DNA of 64,000 bases, from the NCBI GenBank assembly GCA_951406725.2, contig OX597815.1, positions 109,430,001 through 109,494,000 on the forward strand, read 5' to 3'. This document shows positions 14,108 to 27,485 of this stretch, piece by piece. Each line of letters starts with the position of its first letter. Position 1 is the first letter of the stretch. This stretch comes from Octopus vulgaris. Taxonomy: Eukaryota. Below the pieces are notes generated by a model. The model searched no databases. It worked only from the letters and a program-made list of their open reading frames with translations, and was not told the DNA's origin. A program made the translations under genes and the position numbers.

Positions 14108-14550
14108 GAAAAATACAAACTGGGACAAGAACGTAAAACATTTAGAAGGCGATACAAAAAACACGGACGGGACATTCGAAGCCTTCAATCTCCAGTCAAG
14201 AGCCGGATCATCCTAGCAATTTCGGCTAAATATATATATATATATATATATATATTCAAGAAAGTTAGAGGTTGTGAATCCAACCAACTAAGGGATAATA
14301 TCTATCGAAAATACTGCTGGTAGAATACCCAATTATTAATACACAAGTGTTTTTAATTGCATTGCAATTACATTACCGAGTGTACTAAATGGGTGAGGGT
14401 ATTAAGAGTTTTTTTACCATAAATTTATTGGGCATTAGGAAAATGGCGGAGATAAATAAATAAATTTACCTAATATAATATCGAAAAGTTGAAGAATACT
14501 ACCCATCGATACCCTCCATTTTCTTATTGCTCTCTGTCTCTCCCCCTCTC

Positions 14551-14640
<90 letters not shown>

Positions 14641-15436
14641 AATATATATATATAATTTACTTTCAGCTCAGAGCTGCGGCCATGCTGATGCACCGCCGTA
14701 TATATATAAGTTTATATGTTTATGTAAATTGCATGTTATCTGCAACGGAATTTATATGCAAGTGGTATTATACGAGTTTGCTTTTTTTCATTTTGTTTTC
14801 CTTGATGTTAATATTGTTTAGCCTTGAGTCAGCACTAATGAAGAACTATAATCGCAGACCTTCTGTCTGTGCATATGCCGCTTTTTGGATAACTGTGACT
14901 GAATTTTTCAACCTATCATGTTCAAGATTTTTTTTTCAAACAGTATAGTTTGATATGAGGGTGATGCAATTTTGAGGTCAAGAAATTTGATGTGTCTCCA
15001 TCTCCAGTGTTGCAATATGAATGTGATTATGTGTGTAAGTGTATGTATGTGCATGTATGTGTATGTATGTGAACTCACGTTTATGTGTCTGTACAAGTAT
15101 ATATCTATGTGCCAGTGTGCATGTATATGTGCTTGCATGCAATTTTGCATTATCTTATTATTGTGCCTCATCATCATTACCACCACCACCACCACCATCA
15201 CCATCATCATCATCATTATCATCGTCATCGTGGTTGTCGTTATCACCACCACCATCGTCATCATTGTCACCGATCGTTTCACTTTTTTCATCATGAAGTC
15301 ACTAAGATAACAGCCACATCGATCACAACTTCTACTACAAACGCTTCTACAATCAGAAAGGCTATTCGGCCATATTTATCGTCTTCGTTAGCATCCTTGA
15401 TGCTGCTTTTTCCCTCATTTTTCCTCAACCTCTCCC

Positions 15437-15473
<37 letters not shown>

Positions 15474-15989
15474 ATTATCAACAGCACAAATAGTGATAAT
15501 TAATATATTTATATACCCGTTCATCATTTATCTGTAATAATTGTGTCATTGTTAAGGCTCTTTTCATCTCCAACTGAAAAGACCTGTGACCGAAAAAGTT
15601 TGATCTGTAACCATTCTCTGTAGAATGTATATAAGATGAAATATTCCAATGTTGTTCCATTTATCAAGATTTAAGAGAGATTTCGATATATTCTTCTTCG
15701 TGGACTCTGACATAAAGAGTAGCCATACACTCGGTTGTTAGCCCAATCAGTTACATTTTAACTCCAGCAGTTGGAAGTCGGTGGCCTGTTGCTACATCCT
15801 GTCTGGTGTAAGTATTCTAACAACGTCTTTGGACAATGGATAACTCATCATGAGTCATAATTCTTGGATCCACCGTTTCTCAACTAATTTGAATAGCTTT
15901 TTTAAAAGAAAGTTATGGATGCTGCCCTACTACCTCTGATTAAACACCGTAAAATATATCTCTAATATTGTTAGATATTTAGTAGTGTG

Positions 15990-16205
15990 GAGGCACGTGG
16001 ATTAGTGGTTAGAGTGTTGGAATCATGATCGTAACAATGAAGTTTTGATTCCTGAACTGGGTGATGCGTTCTGTTCTTGGGCAAAACACTTCATTTCGCG
16101 TTGCTCCATTCCTGCGACACATCGGCGTCCCGTCCAGGTGGGGAGTATAAATGCCATGGAAACCGGGAAAACGGCTCTATGAGTTTATATGATTTGGGAA
16201 GGATC
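15990..16205 (+). mobile_element. Degenerate tRNA-derived CORE-type SINE
   Basis: GTGGATTAGTGGTTAG A-box region, TTCTTGGGCAAAACACTT CORE-like motif, 3' module CCTGCGAC..CGTCCCGTCCAGG..GAAACCGGGAAA shared with the 36348 copy. Confidence 0.7.
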
Positions 16206-16343
16206 TCTATCTATCTTTTTATCCTCTATAGTCAAAATTTGAACAAATAAGTATCCCTTTGATTGATAATGATGTATAAAACTCATTTTAAAATATTGAT
16301 TTTAAATAAAGCTAAGAAAAAAAAACGTATATATATATATATA

Positions 16344-16376
<33 letters not shown>

Positions 16377-16674
16377 CTTCTACTATAGCCTCGGTCCGAC
16401 CAAAGCCTTGTGAGTGGATTTCGTAGACGGAAACTGGAAAAAGCCTGTCGTATATATGTATGTCACTGGAATGTCTTGCTCGCGTACAAATCAACGTACT
16501 TTAATGTATGAATATTATTTCGTGGTTTTAGGCTTCTACTGATATTTTAACATGTAAGAAATCCACATGGTGGTTTCCTCTTCGCGTATGCGTCATACAC
16601 TATAATATATATATATATAATATAAACTTAGATAAACTTAGATGTGTTTCGACCAATGATTGGTCCAGGCCAAT

Positions 16675-16739
<65 letters not shown>

Positions 16740-16860
16740 TGTATGTATGAATGACAGGTGATGCCATGCAGTGAAACTGAAACCGGTACCATGTGGTTGG
16801 CAAGCAAACTTTTTATGACATAGTCACGCCTGCACCTGTTTAAAATCGTATTTCATACAC

Positions 16861-16901
<41 letters not shown>

Positions 16902-17178
16902 CAGCATGAATTTCGTTCCCATGAGATTAATATTGTATTCTTGTCTATTATTTTATTATCGGTTTCCGACCGTGGCTGTTGCGATATTGCTATTGCATAA
17001 TAATAGAACATTTTTTATTCCTCTATCTCAACAAGTTTTCTACAGATTTGGGCATATTCATGCTTTTGTCGTTCATTTGTGTATTGCTATCGTTGTCTAT
17101 ATTTGTCATCGTTTCATTTGCCAATTCGTTTACGGTTCAACGTTCATCGGTCGGATTTGTTATTATAGCCAAGATCCA

Positions 17179-17385
17179 GGCGGCGAGCTGGCAGAATCGT
17201 TAGCACGCAAGACGAAATGCTTAGCGGTATTTTGACCGTCGCTATGTTCTGAGATCAATTTCCGCCGAGGTTGACTTTGCCGTTCATCCTTTCGTGGTCG
17301 ATAAAATAAGTACCAGTTGAGCACTGGGGTTGAAGTAATCAACTTGCCTCCACCCCACCAGAATTTAGGCCGTTGCCTATAGCAG
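17179..17385 (+). mobile_element. SINE family B copy
   Basis: GGCGGCGAGCTGGCAGAATCGTTAGCACG head and conserved body. Confidence 0.88.
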
Positions 17386-18235
17386 AAATGATTGTAGCCA
17401 AGATCAATAATCGATCTTTGGATAATTGTCTTCTTATCAAAAATGCGGCTCACATTTTTTTGTCGCAACCACATACTAGTTTCGAAGAATTTTCCACTGC
17501 ATGCCGCTTATCTCTCGTCACATCAGTGATAATACTGCCTTTGCTTATCGCCTGCTTAATACTATTACCTTTTGATAAGTCATATCATGTTTTGCTACAG
17601 TCTAAATCATTTAGAGACGAGACAGAGAAAACATTTGCTATATAACACAAGAGAACGAAACCAGGCTCGATATTTATACCAAAATGTTCTCTTGATACTT
17701 AATGTGGCGTGAATTTCACTGCTGTGGACGTTTAAATGAATGCAATAGGATTAATCAATATTTCTGTTGAGAAACTGATGTCTGACTCCCTATAATCTGT
17801 ATCTATCTATTAATCTACGCATACTCACACGTACACGCATGGCTATATATGTCTATATATGCATATCTACACACACACAAACACACACACACATTCACAC
17901 ACACATATATATATATATATAAGTATGTATGTATAAAAACGTACATGGCTATGTACATATGTGCGTATCATATACACATTCATGTATCATTACACTTGTG
18001 TCTGTACATGTTTGTGTATGTGCATGTATATATGTATAAATATATTTATATATCCCACACGCATGCATATATATGTGTGTGTATATGTGTATGTATATAT
18101 ATGATACACAACACGCACACATACACACACATCACATCACACACATGGACTTATATGTGTATTAATATAGAAAGAAATATGTGTATCAACAGAAATATAT
18201 GCATGTGTATATAAATACATGTATGTATATTCATG

Positions 18236-18317
<82 letters not shown>

Positions 18318-18319
<2 letters not shown>

Positions 18320-19084
18320 TATTATATAGAAGGAGCTTCTACAGGACTAGTACTGTTTCATTCAAGAGAAATCTTCAGGAAGCTATTTAACAAGAATTGT
18401 ATTAGCATTTATACATTTAGAGGAGTGGTGGTGGGGGACTTTTTGGGGGTAGGCATAGCGCAAAATATCATACTTGGGGGAGTGGTCAAGGTAATAAAAA
18501 ATAAAAAAATAAAAAATAAAAAAAATAAAATAAAAGAATAAAAATAAAAAATATAAAAAATATAAAAAATATAAAAAATATAAAAAATATATATAAAAAT
18601 ATGTGTGTGTATGTATGCATGTAAAAATATATATGTATATATGTTTGCATGTATATATATATATATATATATATGTGTATATGTATGTGTATATATATGT
18701 ATATATATATGTATGTGCTTGTATGTGTGTGTGTGTGTATATGTGTATATGTGTTTGTATGTATATGTGTATATATGTATATGCATATGTATGTGTAAAT
18801 GTATGTGCTTATGTATGTGTATGTATGTATAAAATATTATATAATTAGGGCTTAGGAAAATAAAATAAATTACTTTGCCACATACTAAACTTTCTAGAAA
18901 TAGCAGCCAATAAAGTTTTTTAGCCTCTTCCACTACTTAGAGAATTTTTTTCCCTCTAACATTGCTTACTCAAAATAATAATGGTCCCTTTACATACTGA
19001 ACACTTGATGAAATTGATTAATAACTAATTAACTTTAACCCCCCTTGTTGATATATATATACATATGTATATGTGTACATGTAT

Positions 19085-19122
<38 letters not shown>

Positions 19123-19399
19123 ATGTGTGTATGTATGTATTTGTATATGTGTGTGTGTATATGTATGTGTGCGCGTGTGTGTGTATGTTTGTGTATGTAT
19201 ACTTGTATATGTATATGCATGAATGTATATATATGTGTGTGTATATGTGTATCATGTATGTATTTATATAGATATGTAGTTTGTATATATATATATGTAT
19301 GTATATGCATCTGTCTGTGTGTGTGTATGTGTATATATGCGTATCATTTTTGCGTATGTATACATGTATATGTGTATATGTATGTGTGTGTGTGTGTGT

Positions 19400-19430
<31 letters not shown>

Positions 19431-19650
19431 TATATATATGTATGTATATATATATATATATGCATGCGTATGTGTATGTACATGTATATATGTATGTGTG
19501 TATATGTATATATGTCTATATATGTGAGTATGTAGTAATATAAGTATATGCATGTGTATGTATGGGTATGTGTATCAGTGTATATGTATATATTTATGTG
19601 TGTGTGTATGTATATGTATGTATATGTGTATATATGTATGCGTATATGTG

Positions 19651-19681
<31 letters not shown>

Positions 19682-19744
19682 GTGTATATGTGTGTGTACG
19701 TATGTGTATGTGTATGTATGTGTATATATGTCTATGTATGTATA

Positions 19745-19809
<65 letters not shown>

Positions 19810-20091
19810 GAGTGCGTGTGTGTATGTATGCATATATGTATGTATGCATGTATATGTGTATGTATATATATGTGTGTAAGTGTGTGCATATATGTATTTG
19901 TAAGTATGTGTGCGCGTATGAGTATGTATGTATGCTTGCACACGTGTATATATATATGTGTGTGTGTGTATTTATATGGATGCGCGTGCGTGTGTGCACG
20001 TGTATGGGTACGCATGTATATGTGTATGTGCGTGTATGCGTATACGTGTATGTATGTATGTGTGTGCGTAGATTTGTATATGTATGTGTGA

Positions 20092-20128
<37 letters not shown>

Positions 20129-20330
20129 TATAGATGGGTGTGTGTATGCGTATAAATGCATGTAAGTATGGATGTATAGATGTATGTAGGTATGTATACG
20201 TATGTATGTGTGTATGTGTGTATGTATATATATGTGTGTGTATATATGTTTGTGTATGTATATATATGAGTATGTATGTGTGTGTATGTGTGTATGTGTA
20301 TGTATGTGTATGTATGTATATATATATGTA

Positions 20331-20370
<40 letters not shown>

Positions 20371-20833
20371 TATGTATCTGTATGTAGGAGTATATATGTG
20401 TGTGTGTGTATGTATATGCGGGTATATATATATATATATATATATGTATATTTATTGGTGTATATGTATAGACTAGCCTCCTAAAGTGTAGACACGAATC
20501 TGTAGGTACGAGTACGTATGTGTATATACGTGAACGTATGTAGATGTTTGTATGTATGAATATAACGCGTGCGTACGTGTATGTGTATGAGTGTACGAAT
20601 GGGTGAATGTACGTGCTAATGAGTGTGCGTGCGGGAATGAGTACTTGCCTTCTAGTAGACAGACAAATGGACAAGCAGCTATTGCCAGGATTCTTAGCCT
20701 TAGCGATCAAAGATAACAAAAGTAATAAATGAAGATAATAAAATTAAAATTAGGGAATGGGCCTGTATTGGATTGTATATATATATATGTATATGTATAT
20801 TTGTATGTATGTATGTGTGTATGTGTAGGTATG

Positions 20834-20894
<61 letters not shown>

Positions 20895-21405
20895 AGATAT
20901 ATGTGTATGTGCGTATGTGTGTGTAGATACGTATACATGTGTGTATAGGTATAAGTGAGAATCTCCTTATTTACCTATAACTCTATCCCCTTTTTTTATA
21001 TATATATTTTTTATATATATATTTTATATATATATATTTTTTTATATATTTTTTTATATATATTTTTTATATTTTTTATATTTTTTATATTTTTTATATT
21101 TTTTATTTTTATTCTTTTATTTTATCTTTTTATTTTTTTATTTTTTATTTTTTTATTTTTTTATTACCTTGACCACTCCCCCAAGTATGATATTTTGCGC
21201 TATGCCTACCCCCAAAAAGTCCCCCACCACCACTCCTCTAAATGTATAAATGCTAATACAATTCTTGTTAAATAGCTTCCTGAAGATTTCTCTTGAATGA
21301 AACAGTACTAGTCCTGTAGAAGCTCCTTCTATATAATAAATTAATTTTACTCTGCTATGTATTGAGTACCTTACTTACTGTGGTTAACCCCGAATCAACC
21401 CGGGA

Positions 21406-21410
<5 letters not shown>
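18318..21410 (+). mobile_element. Penelope-like element with about 280-bp inverted terminal arms enclosing microsatellite-rich interior
   Basis: 18318-18600 is the near-exact reverse complement of about 21050-21340; right arm continues 70 bp to a (TA)n junction; hammerhead in the arms. Confidence 0.75.
21274..21324 (+). ncRNA. Type I hammerhead ribozyme motif (mirror copy on - strand at about 18334-18387)
   Basis: AGCTTC-CTGAAGA-tTTC tctt GAAt-GAAA-C AGTACT A-GTC-ctgta-GAAGCT: canonical CUGANGA/GAAA/GUC, palindromic stem III loop, bulged stem I. Confidence 0.65.
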
Positions 21411-21472
<62 letters not shown>

Positions 21473-21530
21473 TTATGTTTGTATGTATGTATGATTGTAT
21501 TTATATATGTGTATATATACATACATACGC

Positions 21531-21565
<35 letters not shown>

Positions 21566-21586
21566 TATGCATATATACTATATATG

Positions 21587-21905
21587 GACAAGCGTGAACA
21601 CACACGCAGGGAGAGGAGACAGAAAAAGAGAGAATTAAGGAGAATAATAGAGGGATGTTTGGGTAACCTTCTCCACCTCAACAACATACTAATAAATAAG
21701 ATTTTCTGCAAGGTAGTCAGAACACGCTGTAGGGGTCTTTGATTGATGGTCAACGCTCCCTTATCCCCGTCAAGGTGACATCGTTTCTGGTCAAGCGTAT
21801 CTTTACTTTGAGTTGTCGGGGTCAGAATAGGCCGTTTGTTGTCTCAGCAGGAAATCCACCGTAACATCCATATTGTAAGGGTTGTGCCACGATGAAATTT
21901 TTACA
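21587..21905 (-). mobile_element. Degenerate Penelope-like fragment with decayed hammerhead (21770-21811)
   Basis: Minus strand TCAAAGT...TTGACCA-GAAAC-GAT-GTC-ACCTTGA: stem I and GAAAC..GUC present, CUGANGA eroded. Confidence 0.4.
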
Positions 21906-21957
21906 CCCTCTCTTTATATACGTATACAATCATGCGTACACGCACACACACACATAA

Positions 21958-21990
<33 letters not shown>

Positions 21991-22100
21991 TGTATGTATA
22001 TATATAGGGAGAATTCACAAAAAAAACAAAAGACATACATACATGCATACTTACATACATACATGTATAGATATATACATACATACATATCTATACATAA

Positions 22101-22149
<49 letters not shown>

Positions 22150-23016
22150 TACTTGGAGGAAACGAAACGACGCGAGGGCGCTCAGTCATACAATAGCGTA
22201 ATAAATAAAATATATGCATACATATATACATACATATATGTACGTACCTACATCTACATGTATATATACATGCATATATAAATATATATACGTGAGTACA
22301 GGACACCACAAATAGACGTAGAACTCAACGAGAAACGAAAACATAAAAACAAACATGGAAACGGACCTTTTTTTTAACAACGAAAAAACAGAGTACAAGA
22401 CAAACAACACGAGGAAAATTCCCCTTCATCAGCTGTCCCTAGTACGACTCCATGCGTGTTTCGAAGGTAAGGACAGAACACAACTCGTCGAACTAGCCCT
22501 TCCTGCGAAAGAATTAAATAAAATTCCTTTGCAGAGGGGTAAAAACAAGGAAAGAAAAAAATGTGACAAAAACAAGACGTAAAAACGATACAAATAAAAT
22601 TACAAATTAAAAATACAATTACAAAAAATACAGTACAAGAAATAAAAACAACCAAGAAAACAAACAATGAGGGCCTTTTTGGCCTAGACGAGGAAAGATT
22701 TGCACATATATATTTACATATTCATACATATACAGTTATAGATATAAATGTAATAGTTGTAAATATATTTATATATATGTATATGTTTATATAAATTATA
22801 TGTGTGTGTGTATGCGCATATATACGAGTGTGTGTATGCAGACTAATACACTTGTGTATATAAAAATTCACATATATGCACTCACCTATTCTTTTTCTCT
22901 GTATCTCATTTTCTCCATCTTTCTCATCTCTAGAATAATCTACTTTTCTAGTACCGCTTCTTCTGAATAAAATTCACTCGCATATATAAATACGCACACA
23001 CAGAGACCTTCACCGG

Positions 23017-23057
<41 letters not shown>

Positions 23058-23171
23058 ATATACACACACATACACACACATACACACACACACTCCTAAA
23101 GCACAGACACAGGAACACATTGCATATTCACACAGTTACTGATATATATATATATATTTTTTTTTTTCGCC

Positions 23172-23376
23172 TACAGGTGGATAAACATATAGGGGACAAA
23201 CAAAGGGATTAAGTCGATTACGTCTATCCCAGTGCGTAACCGGTACTTATTTAATCAACCCCGAAAGGATGAAAGGCAAAGTCGACCTCGGCGGATTTTG
23301 AACTCAGAACGTAATGGCAGACGAAATACCGCTAAGCATTTCCTAACGCGTTAATGTTTCTGCCAGCTCGCCGCCC
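23172..23376 (-). mobile_element. SINE family B copy
   Basis: Reverse complement of the 51373/57426 type. Confidence 0.88.
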
Positions 23377-23617
23377 TAGTTACTGATATACTCATCGTTT
23401 GTGTGTGTGTGCGTGCATGTGTGTGTGTGTGTGTGTGTGTGGTTATATACATGTATGTGCTTGTGTATGTGTGAGTGGGTAAGTATATATGCGTTTTGTT
23501 GTTCGTGCCGATGCGTGTTATAAACCTGCGTTTTCTAAAAACGGTTGTGCTATTACATTTTTGCGTGCGTGTATGTGTGTGAGTGTGAGTGTGTGTTAGT
23601 ATGTGTGTATGTTTGTG

Positions 23618-23657
<40 letters not shown>

Positions 23658-23865
23658 TGTGGTATTTAAAGAAAAAAAAAGAAATCAATACTTCTATTGG
23701 CACCATATGCACTCAGTTGATTCAAATTTGATAATAATCAACATTTGACTGGGACTTTGATATTTTGATTCGTCGCCTTGTCAAAATCGTTGACTGAACC
23801 AAGCGATGAAGTAAAATTTAAACAAATGATTAACTCAAAACTCCTTCCTCTTTGGACTTTTCACT

Positions 23866-23896
23866 TTTTGACGAAGAGCTATGCTCGAAACGTTAA
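23866..23896 (+). ncRNA. Hammerhead motif (C3U variant) in a short element ending at (TACA)n
   Basis: TTGACGA-A-GAGC tat GCTC-GAAA-CGTT; same family as 12249 and 47390. Confidence 0.55.
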
Positions 23897-23976
23897 CTAC
23901 TCTCCCATTTCACCGAGCGTCTCGTTCATTTTTCTCTTTTGTTCTCTGTTTTTAATTGTTTGTTCTTTGAATTGAC

Positions 23977-24212
23977 TACATACATACATACTTACATACA
24001 TACGTACATACATACATACATACATACATGCATACATACATACATACATACATACATACATACATACATACATGCATACATACATACATATATTCATGCA
24101 TACATACATACATACACACACACATACATACATACATACATACATACATACATACATACATACATACATACATACATACATACATACATACATACATACA
24201 TACATACATACA
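23977..24212. repeat. (TACA)n microsatellite
   Basis: Direct reading. Confidence 0.95.
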
Positions 24213-24449
24213 TGTACACATTCCTACGTATGTATGTATGTGTACATATCCATATGTGTGTTTGGGGCTAGGTTCATTAGAGTTCTACGAGAAGAATATG
24301 TGGATGTGTTGAAAGAACATGCAGACGATTTTGTATCTGAGATACTAAATGGCCCCACATCGCTGCAAGAAACACAAAGAGGGGCACGTTTGACCAACTC
24401 AGTACTTCACAGGACTGATTTCAAAATTGTAATTTGTTGATCGAATATT

Positions 24450-24720
24450 ACCACGGTGGTGTATATTGACATAGCTTTCTCCGTCTCACCCTCAATCAAC
24501 TCTAGCATGCCCAATCTTCAGTATTAATCCCCATAGCCCTCTATCTGTACATCAATGACCCACACGCAGTCACTCCCATTAATCTTCATTCAGACGTAGC
24601 TGATACAGCATCTCATTCTTCCATAACCGCCTTCCTCAACTTTACGTCATCCACAAGAAACCTGGACATCACATGCGAAATCTACACTGCTTTCATGACC
24701 ATGGACCTCGAAAGCATTCT
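24450..24720 (+). mobile_element. Highly degenerate Jockey/CR1-like RT fragment
   Basis: QSSVLIPIALYLYINDPHAVTPINLHSDVADTASHSS parallels PQGSVLSPxLFxLFINDL...HSYADDSTLHSS. Confidence 0.55.
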
Positions 24721-25017
24721 CTTGTGGTGGTGGGGGGCATGCTTATCTTATCATTTTCCCTTCAATCTTCATTAAACTGCCCAATCGGTATTTATATTAT
24801 TTATATTATTGAGAAATTTATCAGTATATTCAAATAATTTGTGTCGATCATCTTTAAAAGTCGTCTTTCTGCACTATCTCATTGGATACAACATTTAATA
24901 TAGTATAAAATTATCGAATGTTAACATACCAATCATCAGACAGCTCACAATTAGTGTATAACTGCAAAGAAAGAGAGGGGGCAGAAAAGGAGAGAAAAAA
25001 AGAGAATGAAAAAAGAA

Positions 25018-25072
<55 letters not shown>

Positions 25073-25789
25073 CAGAGAGACAAACAGAAAGATAGACAGC
25101 CAGACACGGGCAGAGAACGTCTACGACGACGATGATGTTTGTGACATTTGGTTATTCTGACGCTGAGACGAACAATGAAACAATTTACGATTCCGAAAAA
25201 GCTGGAAAGTTTAACAGGATTTATTAAAGTAAATTATTCTTAAAAAACCTTTACCTGGCACCCATTTGCATATTTTGTGTAGTTTTTCTGCAAGTTGGAG
25301 TAAGTTAGTGAAGTCTATTAAATTTTTCTTTGGAGACACGTTACTAATTGTTCTAGAACATAGCTTTTTTCATATCAAGATTGCATTATTTAATCTGAAG
25401 AAAATTTTGACAGCACAGCACACTTGTCGTTGGTTCGAAATATGTCTCATTTTTCTTTTAAGTGCCATCACCATTGGCCTATACCAAAATAGTGTCTGGT
25501 CTTCGAAGTTGTTTGATTTCGAACCAACTCCACTTAGATGCTCCCGGCTCATTCGTTTCTTCTCCTGTCATCATCTATGATGTGTCTACCACCACTACCA
25601 CGCCTCTACATTATACTCTACGCTCAGTTCTTTTTTCTTAGACTTTCTTGAATTCTGTATGTACGCACACGTTTCATTCACTTGTTATAAATTGGGAGAT
25701 TAATAGTATCAATCACAACGGCCTTAGAGGGCCGGTAAAGGGCATGGGCTTTGCTTCTGTTTAACTAGCTACAATAATAATGATTATTC

Positions 25790-26543
25790 TTTCTGCTACA
25801 GGCACAAGGTCCGAAATATTCCTGTCTACTCTAGGCACAAGGCCCGAAATTTGTGGGGAGGGGGCTAGTCAATTAGATTGATCCCAGTACGCAACTAGTA
25901 CTTAATTTATCGACCCCCGAAAGGAAGAAAGGCAAAGTTGACCTCGGAGGAATTTGAACTCATAATGTAAAGACAAACGAAATACTGCTAAGCATTTCGG
26001 CCAGTATACCAACGTTTCTGCTAGCTCGCCGCTTTACAAGGTTTGAAATATTGGAGAAGGTTCTAGTCGGTAACATCGACGCCATTGGTCTTATTTCATC
26101 GATTCCCAAACTTACTCCACCGACTGTCAAAAGATGAAACAAAGTCGACCTCAGCAGTATTTGAGCTCAAATGTAAAGAGCTGGAAGAAATACCACTAAC
26201 CAGTTTGTCCGGTGCACTAACGATTCTGCCATCTCACTGTTTTCAACAACAGTAATAATAATAACACTTTCCTCTATAGGCACAGGGCATAAAATTTTGG
26301 GGAAGGAGTTAGTTGATTACATTTACCTCCCCAATATTTTACTGGTATTTATTTCATCGAGCTCCGAAATGATGAGAGGCAAAGTAGACCTCGGTAGAAT
26401 TTGAACTCAGAACGTAAGCGTGCTAACGGCTCTAATATCTCCTGCTACTATAGGTACACGGTCCGAAATTTTGGGTAAGGTGCTACTTGATTACAGTGAC
26501 CCCGAACGGATGAAGGGCAAAGTCAACCTCGGTGGGATTTGAA

Positions 26544-26545
<2 letters not shown>
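25790..26545 (-). mobile_element. Head-to-tail cluster of about 4 SINE family B units
   Basis: Repeated CACAAGG/CCGAAAT...GGCAAAGT(C)GACCTCGG..GAATTTGAACTCA units. Confidence 0.85.
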
Positions 26546-26615
<70 letters not shown>

Positions 26616-26626
26616 TAACAATAATA

Positions 26627-27186
26627 GTAAATGCCCTGAGGCAGTACCAGGCAGTGGCTCTCGTGGTTTCTGATCTTAACTGATTGGAAGTGTTATCATG
26701 TACATTGTTTTGTCTTGGTATAAAAGATGAGCTACAGCAAATATTCTGCTCAATACCACAGATTTGCTTGTTAGTTGTTTAACCATAACCAGTTGACCAT
26801 GTCCCTTAGTGGCTGACGATATGTGCATCTCTAATCACGAGAAGAAGTAGTGGGGGAGAATCATAGCCATGAGTTGAGAGGGATTCTTTGGGGTTTGAAT
26901 AATTCACCTCTGGAAACATGGGTTTTTCGTTCAACATCCTTAAACAACCCTTATTCAGGGACCTTTTCAGCGGGATGGGTTACTCGACAAGAAGGAAATT
27001 CTAACTGGGCCCCACCTGCAAGGTCATGTGCTGTTTATCTTGATATGAGATTACCATGTTGCGCACATATGGTTGTGATGCATGTGCCTAGTGTACCCTT
27101 ATCAGACAGGTAGTCATGATGGGTATGCTGGGCTTCGTATATTTTACCCCAGTGTCACTTTGATGGCATGCACTGCTCTCTCACTC
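26627..27186. mobile_element. About 560-bp non-coding interspersed element embedded in (AAT)n
   Basis: Complex sequence with sharp junctions to (AAT)n on both sides; no TIR, no tRNA head, no convincing ORF. Confidence 0.55.
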
Positions 27187-27213
27187 AATAATAATAATAA
27201 TGATAACAACAAC

Positions 27214-27244
<31 letters not shown>

Positions 27245-27248
<4 letters not shown>

Positions 27249-27406
27249 CATATAACATACAGAAATTTGCGCTACTGGGCACTGCCCACATCCTACGCAA
27301 AACACATTCAATACAGTAACCATCAGAGCATCACAACAAAACACAGCACATACCTAAGTCACACAGAGCTGCGCTCGGTAGTGAAGTGAACGCACGATAA
27401 AAAAAA

Positions 27407-27408
<2 letters not shown>
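27245..27408 (+). mobile_element. 3' end of Dong/R4-type LINE inserted in (TAA)n
   Basis: NTYNIQKFALLGTAHILRKTHSIQ* (typical R4/Dong C-terminus), short 3' UTR, A-run, (AAT)n on both flanks. Confidence 0.8.

Positions 27409-27485
<77 letters not shown>

Noticed and set aside
15800-15960. Possible Tc1 transposase relic
   Set aside because: Needs several frameshifts to recover motifs.
20472-20510. [10 protein letters not shown] resembling a Penelope endonuclease C-terminus
   Set aside because: Too short to distinguish from chance.
19025-20719. 564-aa ORF and the many YI/HT/VC-rich ORFs across the window
   Set aside because: Translations of TA/TG/TACA repeats, which lack stop codons in most frames; no domain content.
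25248-25742. piggyBac-like MITE (CCTTTACC..GGTAAAGGG)
   Set aside because: Short imperfect TIR and no TTAA TSD.
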